Source: Mycobacterium sp. (GTDB taxonomy: Bacteria > Actinomycetota > Actinomycetes > Mycobacteriales > Mycobacteriaceae). From it: DNA of 64,000 nt. The notes below the pieces were generated by a model that saw only the letters and a program-made list of their open reading frames with translations, was not told the origin of the DNA and did not search any database. The position numbers and the translations under genes are program-made. Positions 9,672 to 20,130 of this stretch are shown here, piece by piece. The stretch spans positions 9,502-73,501 of the forward strand of contig NZ_DATJYB010000222.1 of NCBI RefSeq assembly GCF_035499775.1, given 5' to 3'. The first letter of the stretch is position 1, and each line of letters starts with the position of its first letter.

Positions 9672-10655
9672 GTGGCGATGACGACCGAAGTCAAGGAAGA
9701 GCTGAGCCGCCTGGTAGTGAAGTCGGTCAGTGCGCGGCGCGCGGAGGTCACGTCCTTGCTGAGGTTCGCCGGCGGGTTGCACATCGTGGGCGGCCGCGTG
9801 GTCGTCGAGGCCGAGGTAGATCTGGGCGGCATCGCCCGGCGGCTGCGCAAGGACATCTTCGACCTTTACGGCTACAACGCCGTCGTGCATGTGTTGTCGG
9901 CCAGCGGGATTCGCAAGAGCACTCGATATGTGTTGCGGGTCGCCAACGACGGTGAAGCACTGGCTCGTCAGACCGGGTTGCTCGACATGCGTGGGCGTCC
10001 GGTGCGCGGTTTGCCGGCCCAGGTTGTCGGCGGCAGTGTCGGCGACGCCGAAGCGGCATGGCGGGGCGCGTTTTTGGCGCACGGTTCGCTGACCGAGCCC
10101 GGCCGTTCGTCGGCGCTGGAAGTCAGTTGCCCGGGTCCTGAGGCTGCGTTAGCGCTGGTGGGCGCGGCCCGCCGGCTCGGGGTCAGCGCCAAGGCGCGTG
10201 AGGTGCGTGGCGCCGACCGGGTGGTGGTGCGCGACGGCGAGGCGATCGGCATGTTGCTGACCCGGATGGGCGCCCAGGACACCCGGGTGGTCTGGGAGGA
10301 GCGCCGGCTGCGTCGCGAGGTGCGCGCCACGGCCAACCGGCTCGCCAATTTCGACGACGCCAATCTGCGCCGCTCGGCGCGGGCCGCAGTCGCGGCGGCC
10401 GCACGGGTGGAGCGGGCGTTGGAGATACTCGGCGACACCGTGCCCGACCACCTCGCCTCGGCCGGCAAACTGCGTGTCGAGCACCGGCAGGCGTCCCTGG
10501 AGGAGCTGGGCCGGCTGGCCGATCCTCCGATGACGAAAGACGCTGTGGCCGGCCGTATTCGGCGATTGTTGTCGATGGCCGATCGCAAGGCGAAGGTCGA
10601 CGGCATCCCCGACACCGAGTCGGCGGTGACGCCCGACCTGCTCGAAGACGCCTGA
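9672..10655 (+). CDS. whiA: Sporulation/cell-division transcription regulator WhiA
   Basis: The 327-aa protein is near-identical, from memory, to M. tuberculosis WhiA ([33 protein letters not shown]...). Confidence 0.95.
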   Translation: MAMTTEVKEELSRLVVKSVSARRAEVTSLLRFAGGLHIVGGRVVVEAEVDLGGIARRLRKDIFDLYGYNAVVHVLSASGIRKSTRYVLRVANDGEALARQTGLLDMRGRPVRGLPAQVVGGSVGDAEAAWRGAFLAHGSLTEPGRSSALEVSCPGPEAALALVGAARRLGVSAKAREVRGADRVVVRDGEAIGMLLTRMGAQDTRVVWEERRLRREVRATANRLANFDDANLRRSARAAVAAAARVERALEILGDTVPDHLASAGKLRVEHRQASLEELGRLADPPMTKDAVAGRIRRLLSMADRKAKVDGIPDTESAVTPDLLEDA

Positions 10656-10718
10656 CCGGCCGGTGAGATTGTCCGGGATCCCTGAGCGCGGCAGGCGGGC
10701 GGGGGCTACGGTCGTGGC

Positions 10719-12122
10719 ATGAAGCGGCTTTCGAGTGTCGATGCGGCGTTTTGGTCAGCGGAAACTGCTGGCTGGCACATGCATGTGGGTGCGCTGGCGA
10801 TCTGCGATCCCAGCGACGCGCCCGATTACAGCTTTCAACGCCTGCGTGAGCTGCTGATCGAACGGCTGCCCGAGTTGCCGCAGTTGCGCTGGCGGGTCAC
10901 CGGCGCCCCGCTCGGGCTGGACCGGCCCTGGTTCGTCGAGGACGAAGATCTCGACGTCGACTTCCACGTCCGTCGCATCGGTGTCCCCGCGCCCGGCGGG
11001 CGGCGCGAGGTCGACGAGCTGGTCGGCCGCCTGATGTCCTATAAGCTGGACCGCTCGCGACCGCTGTGGGAACTGTGGGTGATCGAGGGTGTGAAGGGCG
11101 GCCGGATTGCCACGCTCACCAAAATGCATCACGCCATCGTCGACGGGGTCTCCGGTGCCGGACTGGGCGAGATCATCCTGGACGTCACGCCCGAACCGCG
11201 GCCGCCGAACAAAGAGACAGTGGGGTCGCTGGTCGGATTCCAGTTGCCGGGGCTGGAACGGCGCGTACTGGGTGCCCTGATCAACGTGGCGGTCAAGACG
11301 CCGTTCCGCGTCACCCGGCTGCTGGAGCAGACCGTGCGTCAGCGGATCGCGGCGCTGGGGGTCAGCAGCAAGCCGCCCGGCTACTTCGACGCGCCCAAGA
11401 CGCGGTTCAACGCGTCAGTGTCGCCGCACCGGCGGATCAGCGGCTGCCGCGTCGAGCTGGCCCGGGTCAAGGCCGTCAAGGATGCCTTCGGAGTGAAGCT
11501 CAACGACGTCGTGCTGGCGCTCGTGGCCGGCGCGGCCCGCGAATACCTGCTCAAGCGTGACGAGCTGCCGGCCAAGCCCCTGATTGCGCAGATTCCCGTC
11601 TCAACCCGTACCGATGCGACGGCGAGCGACGTGGGCAATCAGATCAGCTCGATGACAGCATCTCTGGCCACCGACATCGAAGACCCCGGCGAGCGGCTGA
11701 AGGCCATCCACGAGAGCACTCAGAGCGCCAAACTGATGGCCAAGGCGCTGTCGGCGCATCAGATCATGGGGCTTACCGAGACCACGCCTCCCGGGTTGCT
11801 GCAGCTGGCCGCCCGCGCCTACACCGCCAGCGGGCTGTCGCACAACCTGGCGCCGCTCAATCTGGTCGTGTCCAACGTCCCCGGTCCACCGGTCCCGCTG
11901 TACATGGCCGGGGCCAAACTGGAGTCGCTGGTGCCCCTGGGGCCGCCGGTGATGGACATCGCCTTGAACATCACCTGCTTCTCCTACCAGGACTACCTGG
12001 ACTTCGGCTTCGTCACGACACCCGAGGTGGCCAACGACATCGACGAGATGGCCGACGCCATCGAGCCGGCGCTGGCCGAGCTCGAGCGTGCCGCGGAGCT
12101 GTTGCAGGCAACTAAGGGTTAG
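10719..12122 (+). CDS. Wax ester synthase / diacylglycerol acyltransferase (WS/DGAT, Rv1425-like)
   Basis: The 467-aa ORF carries the catalytic HHxxxDG motif ([11 protein letters not shown]). Confidence 0.9.
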   Translation: MKRLSSVDAAFWSAETAGWHMHVGALAICDPSDAPDYSFQRLRELLIERLPELPQLRWRVTGAPLGLDRPWFVEDEDLDVDFHVRRIGVPAPGGRREVDELVGRLMSYKLDRSRPLWELWVIEGVKGGRIATLTKMHHAIVDGVSGAGLGEIILDVTPEPRPPNKETVGSLVGFQLPGLERRVLGALINVAVKTPFRVTRLLEQTVRQRIAALGVSSKPPGYFDAPKTRFNASVSPHRRISGCRVELARVKAVKDAFGVKLNDVVLALVAGAAREYLLKRDELPAKPLIAQIPVSTRTDATASDVGNQISSMTASLATDIEDPGERLKAIHESTQSAKLMAKALSAHQIMGLTETTPPGLLQLAARAYTASGLSHNLAPLNLVVSNVPGPPVPLYMAGAKLESLVPLGPPVMDIALNITCFSYQDYLDFGFVTTPEVANDIDEMADAIEPALAELERAAELLQATKG

Positions 12123-13407
12123 CGCCGCCGTTCGAGTTCGGATAGTTCGTCACGTACACCCAGGACAAGAACCGGGCGACCGCCTCGGCGGACTTGTTCG
12201 CCCGCGGTGACCCGAAGATGTCAAAAGCATGCTGCGCGTTGGGCAATTCGGCGTAAGCGACCGGCGACTTCGACACGGCACGCAGCTCGTCGACGAACTC
12301 GCGTGCTTCGCCCACCGGGATCAGGGAGTCGTCGGTGCCGTGCAGGACGAAGAACGGTGGTGCGTCCGGCCCTACATAGGTGACCGGGGAGGCGTCGATG
12401 TAAATGTCGCGGTGCGTACTGATCTTCTTCTTGACGATCAGCCGCGCAAGTACTTCCAGGAATTGCGGACGTCCTGGCTCGTCGATGGAGAACCAGTCGT
12501 AGCGACCGTAGAACGGGACCGCTGCCACCACCGACGTGTCGGCCTGCTCGAAACCTGGCTGGAACTTCGGGTCGTTGGGTGTCAGGGCGGCCAGCGCGGA
12601 CAGGTGGCCGCCGGCCGAACCGCCGCTGATCGCAACGAAATTCGGGTCCCCACCGTAGGCGGCGATGTTCTCTTTGACCCACATCAGGGCGCGTTTGACG
12701 TCGACGATGTGGTCGGGCCAGGTGTGCAGCGGCGACACCCGGTAGTTCATCGACACGCACACCCAGCCGCGCGAAACCAGGTGCTCCATCAAGGGATACG
12801 CCTGCGGACGGCGCCAGCCGATCATCCACGCGCCGCCGGGTACCTGCAGCAGCACCGGCGCCTTGCCGTCCCGCGGCAGGTCGCGGCGACGCCAGATGTC
12901 GGCCAGGTTGGCGCGCCCGTGCGGGCCGTAGCGCACGATGTTCTCTTTGTCGACGTAGCGTCGGCGGGCCACCGTGGCGCGCAGCGGCGGGTTACGCCGA
13001 CCGGTCCGGTGGGTGGGTTCGCTGGGTAGGGCGCGCAGTTCGTCGGTGTAGTCGGGCCCGAGTTGTTCGGTCAGGGCGCTCTGCAGTACGGGCCCCGGGG
13101 TTTTCACGCCGCGGTAGCGGATCACGCCCAGGATCGCCCAGGACGCGGCCGTCAGGGCCAGCGCCACCTTGCCCTTTCGCCCGGCGAAATCACCGCGCAG
13201 GCCGCGACGCGCGGCGTCCACCGCGGAGAGGGCGGCATAAAGGCCCGGTACCTCCGAGGTCGGCCAGCCGAACCAGAATACTGTCGGGCCCGCGTAGGGG
13301 TTGCGGGTGATCGGGTGTAATCCGTTGGCGGCGTTGACAAGTTCCACGGTGGAGCGGGCCAGCGGACGGGGCCGGCGCAGTTGCTTGAGCAGTGGTCGAA
13401 TGTTCAT
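12112..13407 (-). CDS. lipO: Alpha/beta-hydrolase esterase/lipase (Rv1426c LipO-like)
   Basis: This is the C-terminal 431 aa of the 874-aa ORF, starting at [10 protein letters not shown]. It has a VPGGAW oxyanion-hole-like motif and a GGSAGG nucleophile elbow. Its ATG overlaps the fadD stop (ATGA). The N-terminal extension in the ORF track is an Arg/Gly-rich off-frame artefact. Confidence 0.85.
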   Translation of the reverse strand: MNIRPLLKQLRRPRPLARSTVELVNAANGLHPITRNPYAGPTVFWFGWPTSEVPGLYAALSAVDAARRGLRGDFAGRKGKVALALTAASWAILGVIRYRGVKTPGPVLQSALTEQLGPDYTDELRALPSEPTHRTGRRNPPLRATVARRRYVDKENIVRYGPHGRANLADIWRRRDLPRDGKAPVLLQVPGGAWMIGWRRPQAYPLMEHLVSRGWVCVSMNYRVSPLHTWPDHIVDVKRALMWVKENIAAYGGDPNFVAISGGSAGGHLSALAALTPNDPKFQPGFEQADTSVVAAVPFYGRYDWFSIDEPGRPQFLEVLARLIVKKKISTHRDIYIDASPVTYVGPDAPPFFVLHGTDDSLIPVGEAREFVDELRAVSKSPVAYAELPNAQHAFDIFGSPRANKSAEAVARFLSWVYVTNYPNSNGGANP

Positions 13408-15035
13408 GAGCCGCTCACCCGGCCTTTCAGTTCGTTGCGCAGGATCTTGCCGGTGCTGCCGCGCGGTAGCTCGTCGAGGACCGTGATGTCGCGCGGCACC
13501 TTGTAATTGGCCAGGTTCTCCCGCACGTGTTGCTTGAGGGTGTCGAGGGTCGCCGACGCGTCCGGGGCCAGCACGACGAACGCTGACAGCCGCTGACCGT
13601 ATTGCTCGTCGTCCACGCCGATCACCGCGGCCTCGGCCACCTCGGGATGGGCCGCGAGCGTCTTCTCCACCTCGATCGGGTAGACGTTCTCGCCGCCGGA
13701 GACGATCATCTCGTCGTCGCGGCCCACGACGAACAGCCGCCCGTTCTCGTCGAGGTAGCCGACGTCGCCCGAGGACATGAACCCGGCGTGGAAGTTCTTG
13801 GTGGCACCCGAGGTGTATCCGTCGAACTGGGTGTCGTTGTGCACGTAGATGGTGCCGACTTCGCCGGTCGGCATTTCGTTGAATTCCGCATCCACGATTA
13901 GGATTTCGGTTCCCCCGGCCGGCTTGCCGGCAGTGTCGGGCGCCGCGCGCAAGTCCTCCGGAGTTGCGGTGGCGATCATGCCCGCCTCGGTGGCGTTGTA
14001 GTTGTTGTAAATCACGTCGCCGAACTGGTCCATGAACGAGATGACGACGTCGGGGCGCATCCGCGAACCGGACGCTGCGGCGAAGCGTAATGTCCTGCCG
14101 CTGTAGCGGTTTCGCACCTCGTCGGGCAGATCCATGATGCGGTCGAACATCACCGGTACCACCGCCAGACCCGTCGCTTGGTGGCGGTCGATCAGGTCCA
14201 GGGTGGCCTCCGGGTCGAATTTGCGCCGGGTGACGATCGTGCAGGCCATCGAAGCGGCGAAGATCAACTGCGAAAAGCCCCACGCGTGGAACATCGGCGC
14301 GACGATCACGATGGTCTCCTCGGCCCGCCACGGCGTGCGGTCCAAGATCGCCTTGAGGGTGCCGATTCCGGCGCCGCCGCCAGACTGCTTGGCGCCCTTG
14401 GGACTTCCGGTGGTGCCCGAGGTCAGCAGGATCATCTTGCCCTTGCGGCCGGTGCGTTCGGGCTGTTGTCCGGTGTGATCGGCGATGAGTTTCTCGACCG
14501 TCAGCTCGTGTTGGCCGTCGGTCCAGGCCAGGATGCGGGTGGCGTCGGGTTTGTCGGCCATCGCCCGGTCCACCGTCGCGGTGAACTCCTCGTCGTAGAT
14601 GACGGCCTCGACACCTTCGCGATTGACGACGTCGGCCATGGCCGGACCGGCGAACGACGTGTTGAGCAGCACGACGTCGGAGCCGATCCGGTTGGACGCC
14701 ACCAGCGCCTCGACGAAACCCCGGTGATTGCGGCACATGATCCCGATGACCTGCGGTTGGCCCGAAGGCAACTTCTGCAGGCCCGCGGCCAGCGCATTGA
14801 TCCGCTCGTCGAGCTGTCGCCAGGTCAGCGTGCCCAGTTCGTCGACCAGGCCGGGACGGTCCGGGCAGCGCTGCGCGGCGCCGGCGAAGCCCACGGTCAT
14901 GGCCATGCCCTCGCGACGCATCGCGGCGGCCATCTTGAGATAGCGGTCGGGTCGCATCGGCGCGATCATGCCGGCGCGCCTCAGGGTGCTGATGACTCCG
15001 ACGGCTTGACTGATACGAGATGCCTGAGATGCCAT
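13404..15035 (-). CDS. fadD12: Long-chain fatty-acid--CoA ligase (Rv1427c-like)
   Basis: The 543-aa ORF has the AMP-binding motif LLTSGTTGSPKG and a C-terminal GKILR. Confidence 0.9.
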   Translation of the reverse strand: MASQASRISQAVGVISTLRRAGMIAPMRPDRYLKMAAAMRREGMAMTVGFAGAAQRCPDRPGLVDELGTLTWRQLDERINALAAGLQKLPSGQPQVIGIMCRNHRGFVEALVASNRIGSDVVLLNTSFAGPAMADVVNREGVEAVIYDEEFTATVDRAMADKPDATRILAWTDGQHELTVEKLIADHTGQQPERTGRKGKMILLTSGTTGSPKGAKQSGGGAGIGTLKAILDRTPWRAEETIVIVAPMFHAWGFSQLIFAASMACTIVTRRKFDPEATLDLIDRHQATGLAVVPVMFDRIMDLPDEVRNRYSGRTLRFAAASGSRMRPDVVISFMDQFGDVIYNNYNATEAGMIATATPEDLRAAPDTAGKPAGGTEILIVDAEFNEMPTGEVGTIYVHNDTQFDGYTSGATKNFHAGFMSSGDVGYLDENGRLFVVGRDDEMIVSGGENVYPIEVEKTLAAHPEVAEAAVIGVDDEQYGQRLSAFVVLAPDASATLDTLKQHVRENLANYKVPRDITVLDELPRGSTGKILRNELKGRVSGS

Positions 15036-15038
15036 GGC

Positions 15039-15863
15039 TCAGCCGAGAATCGGGAAACGGCGCTCGTCGGCCAGCTTGTCCAGGCCCTGCTGCATCACCG
15101 ACCGGATGTGCTCGTCGACCTCGTCGACGTCGGGGTCCTCGCCGAACTCCTTCTCGATGTTCACCGCCGGCAGCACCTGCGTGACGATCTTGGCGGGCAG
15201 CGGCAGATTGGGTGGAACGGGGCTTGTCAAGCCAAACGGAAAGCCGAACGACAGCGGCAGAATCTCGCTGCGCAGCAAGCGCTTCAGCCCCAGCCGCCGG
15301 GCCAGCCAGGTTCCCCGGGTCAAGTAGAACTGGGTCTCTTGTCCGCCGATGGAAACCATCGGCACGATGGGCACGCCGGCCTCGATCGCGGTGCGCACGT
15401 AGCCCTTGCGACCGTTGAAGTCGATGACGTTCTCCGACAGCGTCGGGCGGTAGGCGTCGTAGTCGCCGCCGGGAAAGACGACCACCACACCGCCGGAGCG
15501 CAGCGCGTTGGCCGCGTTCTCACGGTTGGCCCGGATGTAGCCGGTGCGCCGGAAAAGGTCTCCGGTCACGCCCATGAACAGGATGTCGTGGCTCAGCGTC
15601 AGGACCGGGCGGTCGTAGCCGAATTTGTCGTAGAAGTCGACGCTGAAGATCGGAACGTCCATCGGAAACTGGCCGCCGGAGTGGTTGGCGACCACTAGTG
15701 CCCCACCGGGCGGGAAGGAATCCAGGCCGTGCACTTCCGAGCGGAAGTACGTCTTCAACACCGGCCGCATCACGCTCATCAGCCGCTTGGTCAGGCCGGG
15801 GTCCCACTTGCCGTGCTCGTGGTCTTCGCTGTCCGTGCTCACGTTCCTCCTTCGCGGCTCCAT
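15039..15863 (-). CDS. Lysophospholipid/glycerolipid acyltransferase-family protein (Rv1428c-like)
   Basis: I call 274 aa starting at MEPRRRNVST. The protein contains VVANHSGG and VVFPGGD blocks. The longer ORF-track start would overlap the divergent regulator gene. Confidence 0.8.
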   Translation of the reverse strand: MEPRRRNVSTDSEDHEHGKWDPGLTKRLMSVMRPVLKTYFRSEVHGLDSFPPGGALVVANHSGGQFPMDVPIFSVDFYDKFGYDRPVLTLSHDILFMGVTGDLFRRTGYIRANRENAANALRSGGVVVVFPGGDYDAYRPTLSENVIDFNGRKGYVRTAIEAGVPIVPMVSIGGQETQFYLTRGTWLARRLGLKRLLRSEILPLSFGFPFGLTSPVPPNLPLPAKIVTQVLPAVNIEKEFGEDPDVDEVDEHIRSVMQQGLDKLADERRFPILG

Positions 15864-16011
15864 CGCCGTCGAGTGCCTAGATCGTAGCGAGAGCACGCCG
15901 CCGGGTTGCCCGGTGCCGATATCGCGGCGAAATCCCCCGTTGGCGCAAGGATGCGAGCACAGTGTGGATGGTGAGCACAGCGCTTCGACAGGAAAGGGCA
16001 GGGGACTGAAA

Positions 16012-17259
16012 GTGGCCGAGACCGTCGCTGGGCCCATTTCGGTGATCGTCGGGCAGATCAACATCGTTCGCGACGAGTTCATCGAGGAATTGCTTGCCGA
16101 GCTGAAGGCGGGGACGGCCGCACTCAACCACGACACTCGGATGCTGCGTTTGTGGAAGGCGAGCATGACCGAGAGCCTCGTCGCAGGCATCCATTACCTG
16201 GAGCGGGATGCGCCAGTGCTGGAGGCCCCGGCGTCCGCGCTGGCGTATGCGCGGGCGTCCGCGCAGCGCGGCGTGCCGCTCTCGGTGCTGGTTCGGAACC
16301 ATCGGATTGGGCTTGCGCGCTTCCTCGACGTCGCGATGCAGTTCGTGCCCTTGCTGGAGCCCGATCAGCAGGTGCCCACGATCATCGAGCTGGTGCAGCG
16401 CTCGAGCAAATTCGTCGACCTGGTGGCAGACCAGTTAACCGTCGCCTACGAGCAGGAGCACGATCGCTGGGTCAGCCGCCGTAGCGGGCTCCAACAACGG
16501 TGGGTCAGCGACCTGTTGGCGGGTGTCCCGGTGGACGTCGCGCGGGCCGAAAAGGCGTTGGGTTACCGGCTGGACGGACCGCACATCGCCGCGGTGGTGT
16601 GCGTCGACGCGACGGTACGCACCAGCGACGTGCTGGCGCTGTTCGACGAGGTGCGTTCGTCGGTAGACGCTGAGCTGGGCACCCGTTCGCTGATGGTGCC
16701 GACGGATGAGCGCGAAGCCCGGCTGTGGTTTTCGCCCGTGTCGGGCCGCGTCCTCGACCTGACCCGCCTGCGTACCGCGTTCGGGTCCGCACGCATCAGG
16801 GCGCATCTGGCGTTCGGTCGGGTGGAGGAGGGGTTGACCGGGTTCCGGGCGTCGTTGAAAGAGGCCGAGCGGGTGAAGGCGGTGGCGCTTGCCGGGGGTC
16901 ACGCGGCCGCCCGAGCCGTCTTCTACGAAGACGTGGCGCCGATCGCGTTGATGGCCGGCGATGTCGACGGGCTGCGGCGCTTCGTCACCGACGTGCTGGG
17001 CGACCTCAGCGTCGATGATGAACGCAACGGGTGGCTCCGTGAGACGCTGCGGGAATTTCTGGCTCGCAACCGCAGTTTCGTAGCGACTGCTGACGCGATG
17101 ATCTTGCACCGCAACACAATCCAGTATCGTGTCGCCCAGGCGATGGAGCTCTGCGGAGAAAACTTCGACGACCCGGAGGCGATCTTCAAGGTGCAGATAG
17201 CGTTAGAGGCTTGCCGGTGGATGGCGCCGGTTGTGCTGCGCGCACAAAGGCGCACTTGA
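16012..17259 (+). CDS. PucR/CdaR-family transcriptional regulator (Rv1429-like)
   Basis: It has a C-terminal PucR HTH (LHRNTIQYRVAQAMELCG). I chose GTG 16012 because it follows GGAAAGGGCAGGGGA. The start is uncertain; in-frame alternatives lie upstream (for example GTG 15964). Confidence 0.75.
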   Translation: MAETVAGPISVIVGQINIVRDEFIEELLAELKAGTAALNHDTRMLRLWKASMTESLVAGIHYLERDAPVLEAPASALAYARASAQRGVPLSVLVRNHRIGLARFLDVAMQFVPLLEPDQQVPTIIELVQRSSKFVDLVADQLTVAYEQEHDRWVSRRSGLQQRWVSDLLAGVPVDVARAEKALGYRLDGPHIAAVVCVDATVRTSDVLALFDEVRSSVDAELGTRSLMVPTDEREARLWFSPVSGRVLDLTRLRTAFGSARIRAHLAFGRVEEGLTGFRASLKEAERVKAVALAGGHAAARAVFYEDVAPIALMAGDVDGLRRFVTDVLGDLSVDDERNGWLRETLREFLARNRSFVATADAMILHRNTIQYRVAQAMELCGENFDDPEAIFKVQIALEACRWMAPVVLRAQRRT

Positions 17260-17348
17260 GCTTCATCACGGCAGCACATGGTGCAGATTGGTGCCACTAC
17301 ATATTGTTGCCTCATTCAACAGAGAACCCCGAGCCAGAAGGGACTGAC

Positions 17349-17771
17349 ATGAACGTCGCAGCGTTGCCTGACGAGCGTGGTATTCGCACGCAGGGTGCGT
17401 ACACCGCCCGCGGTCGCGCTGTCCATTCCGGATCGGTCTACGTTCGGCAAACCAGGCCCATCACGTCGTTGACCCCGCACCGACCGACCGCCACGACGGC
17501 GGACCAGCGGCAGGCCGACTACTACCTGCGCATGTTCACCGAAAGCTATCGGCTGGTCGAGGAGCGCATCGAAAAGTACCAGCGCGAGATCGCCTTCTAT
17601 GAGGCCGCCGGTGACCCCGAGGGGGTTCGCAGTTGTCGGCGCGAGTTACGGGCCGACGAACGGGAGCGCCAGGCGGTCCGGAGGATCATCGTCAACCTGC
17701 GCCGACGGTTCGTCGATGCCCCCGACGAGGTTCCCCTGAACTCTCGGCGGGCGCGGCTTGGGGTCCGCTAG
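17349..17771 (+). CDS. Hypothetical small protein, paralogue of 17990..18253
   Basis: The 140-aa ORF starts at ATG 17349 after AGAAGGGA. It is Arg/Glu-rich and helical, and its C-terminal half aligns by eye with the next small ORF. Confidence 0.45.
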   Translation: MNVAALPDERGIRTQGAYTARGRAVHSGSVYVRQTRPITSLTPHRPTATTADQRQADYYLRMFTESYRLVEERIEKYQREIAFYEAAGDPEGVRSCRRELRADERERQAVRRIIVNLRRRFVDAPDEVPLNSRRARLGVR

Positions 17772-17989
17772 GACCGCATTGCGTCTCGCGTGGTGAGACC
17801 GCGGAAGCGACCGTGCGACTGAGGGGTAGCGCGGAAGGCTAGTCCGTCGGTCGATGCCGCGCCGACCACCCGCGCCTGACCGGGCCAACTTGGCGCATGC
17901 CACGGCTGCGGCGACCGTCCAGCCGAAACTTGGATTTTGCTTTTTCACAATGGGTTTGACGCAGAACCCACCAGTCGAGAGGGATAAAC

Positions 17990-18253
17990 ATGAACCGGCA
18001 TCGCGGTGCGGCCGAGGACGTCGCTATTGCGGTCGGTGCGACGGCGGATGACGCCTCGACCGACCACGTACTGCGGCTGATCTCGCAGATCTCCCGACGG
18101 ACCAACCTCCGGCTCGACATGTACCGGCGGGGGATTGCCGTGGCAGATGCCCGCGGCGATGTCGGATACGCCTGTGCGTTTAAGCATTTGACGCACATCG
18201 ACAAACAGGACCAGGAGATTCTTGAGGGGCTGATCGACCGTCTGCAGCGGTGA
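17990..18253 (+). CDS. Hypothetical small protein, paralogue of 17349..17771
   Basis: The 87-aa ORF is preceded by GAGAGGGA. It shares the pattern D..LR...........R...Y.R.IA...A.GD....L....Q.....L with the previous ORF. Confidence 0.45.
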   Translation: MNRHRGAAEDVAIAVGATADDASTDHVLRLISQISRRTNLRLDMYRRGIAVADARGDVGYACAFKHLTHIDKQDQEILEGLIDRLQR

Positions 18254-18265
18254 TTTCTCGCTGGG

Positions 18266-18322
18266 TTGTGTTTCCGACTGGCTTTTGTGTTTCCGACTGG
18301 CTTTTGTGTTTCCGACTGGCTT
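18266..18322. repeat. Perfect 3 x 19-bp tandem repeat (unit TTGTGTTTCCGACTGGCTT)
   Basis: I counted three identical units directly, at 18266-18284, 18285-18303 and 18304-18322. A partial GGCTT follows. The array ends 20 nt before the GTG at 18343. Confidence 0.95.
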
Positions 18323-18342
18323 GGCTTCCCGAATAGATTGTA

Positions 18343-20130
18343 GTGACCAACTGGTTCACTATCGGGAGGAACGAGGCCGCCATGGGATTCATGTCACCGG
18401 AGCTGCCGGACGTCGACCCTGACACTTGGCCGTCTCGGCCGCGGGCGGAGCGACTGCAAATCGTAACCCGGCACTGGGCGGAACACGGCTTCGGCACACC
18501 GTACGCGGTGTATCTGCTCTACCTGATCAAGATCGGCCTGTACGTCGCGGCTCCCGCGGCGATCATCTCCCTGACTCCCCGTCTGGGCGGGCTCGGCCAC
18601 ATCTCCGAGTGGTGGACGCAGCCGATCGTGTACCAGAAGGTCATCGTCTTCACGCTGCTGTTCGAGGTCATGGGCTTCGGCTGCGGATCCGGCCCGCTGA
18701 CCGGCCGGTTCATGCCGCCGATCGGTGGATTCCTCTATTGGTTGCGGCCCAACACAATTCGTTTGCCCGCCTGGCCGGGCAAGGTTCCGTTAACCAGCGG
18801 CGACACCCGTACCCTCGTCGATGTCGCGCTCTATGCCGTCGTATTGATCAGCGCGGTGTGGGCGCTGCTGTCGCCCGGCTATGGCGGCCCGGTCCCCGGC
18901 ATAGGCGGTGTCGGCCTGATCAACCCCGCCTTGGTGGCGCCGACGATCGTCGCCCTGGCGTTGCTGGGTCTGCGCGACAAGACCATCTTCCTGGCGGCCC
19001 GCGGCGAACATTACTGGCTGAAGTTGTTGGTGTTCTTCTTCCCGTTCGCCGATCAGATCTCGGCATTCAAGATCATCATGCTCTGCCTTTGGTGGGGGGC
19101 CGCGACATCGAAGCTCAACCACCATTTCCCCTACGTCGTGGCCGTGATGACGAGCAACAACGCGCTACTGCGCAGCCGGCTGTTCAACCCCCTCAAGCAT
19201 TTGCTCTACCGCGACCACGTCAACGACCTGCGCCCCACCTGGCTGCCGAAGCTGATGGCCCACGGCGGTGGTACCACGGCGGAATTCATCGTTCCGACGG
19301 TTCTCGTGTTCTTCGCCGGCGATCACCCGTGGCGATGGTTCCTGATCGGGTTCATGGTGCTCTTCCACCTCAACATCATTTCCAACCTCCCGATGGGAGT
19401 CCCGTTGGAATGGAACGTCTTCTTCATCTTCTCGCTGTTCTATCTGTTCGGGCACTACGGTGCGATTCGCGCCACCGACCTTCGGTCACCGTGGCTGCTG
19501 GCCATCTTGGCCGTCGTGGTGGCGGTCGTGATCGTGGGAAACATGTTCCCCGAGAAGATTTCGTTCCTTCCGGCAATGCGCTACTACGCCGGCAACTGGG
19601 CCACCAGCCTGTGGTGCTTCCGCGCCGGCGCCGAGGACAAGATCGAGGCCAACATCGTGAAAAGCTCTGCGCTCGTTGCCAATCAGCTGGCCAAACTCTA
19701 CGGCCCGGCGACCGCCGAACTGATGTCGGACAAGGTGGCGGCGTTCCGGGCCATGCACACGCATGGCCGGGCGCTCAACGGTCTGTTGCCCCGGACCATC
19801 GACGACGAAGCCGACTACAAAGTGCGCGAAGGCGAAGTCGTCGCCGGGCCGCTGGTCGGGTGGAACTTCGGTGAAGGCCACCTACACAATGAGCAGCTGC
19901 TGGAAGCGGTGCAGCGGCGCTGCAACTTCGAGGACGGCGACGTCCGCGTCATCGTCCTCGAGGGCCAGCCGATCCAGACCCAAAAGCAGTGGTACCGCAT
20001 CGTCGACGCCAAGACGGGTTTGATCGAGGCGGGCTATGTCACCGTCGAGGACATGGTGAGTCGGCAGCCGTGGCCGGAACCCGGCGACGAATTCCCGGTC
20101 CATGTTCAGACGCAACGTGCCGCTCGATGA
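18343..20130 (+). CDS. Conserved polytopic membrane protein (Rv1431-like)
   Basis: The 595-aa ORF has many TM segments and sits in the syntenic position before an Rv1432-like oxidoreductase. The start is uncertain, with an alternative ATG at 18382. Confidence 0.8.
   Translation: MTNWFTIGRNEAAMGFMSPELPDVDPDTWPSRPRAERLQIVTRHWAEHGFGTPYAVYLLYLIKIGLYVAAPAAIISLTPRLGGLGHISEWWTQPIVYQKVIVFTLLFEVMGFGCGSGPLTGRFMPPIGGFLYWLRPNTIRLPAWPGKVPLTSGDTRTLVDVALYAVVLISAVWALLSPGYGGPVPGIGGVGLINPALVAPTIVALALLGLRDKTIFLAARGEHYWLKLLVFFFPFADQISAFKIIMLCLWWGAATSKLNHHFPYVVAVMTSNNALLRSRLFNPLKHLLYRDHVNDLRPTWLPKLMAHGGGTTAEFIVPTVLVFFAGDHPWRWFLIGFMVLFHLNIISNLPMGVPLEWNVFFIFSLFYLFGHYGAIRATDLRSPWLLAILAVVVAVVIVGNMFPEKISFLPAMRYYAGNWATSLWCFRAGAEDKIEANIVKSSALVANQLAKLYGPATAELMSDKVAAFRAMHTHGRALNGLLPRTIDDEADYKVREGEVVAGPLVGWNFGEGHLHNEQLLEAVQRRCNFEDGDVRVIVLEGQPIQTQKQWYRIVDAKTGLIEAGYVTVEDMVSRQPWPEPGDEFPVHVQTQRAAR

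Noticed and set aside
13408-14736. The N-terminal roughly 440 aa of the 874-aa minus-strand ORF that continues upstream of lipO.
   Set aside because: This part runs in an alternative frame through fadD12 and is extremely Arg/Gly/His-rich. Recognisable esterase sequence begins only at MNIRPLL (13407), with an ATGA overlap to the fadD12 stop.
14178-15698. A 506-aa plus-strand ORF.
   Set aside because: It is antisense to fadD12 and the acyltransferase gene. It has low-complexity, GC-driven composition and no family motifs.
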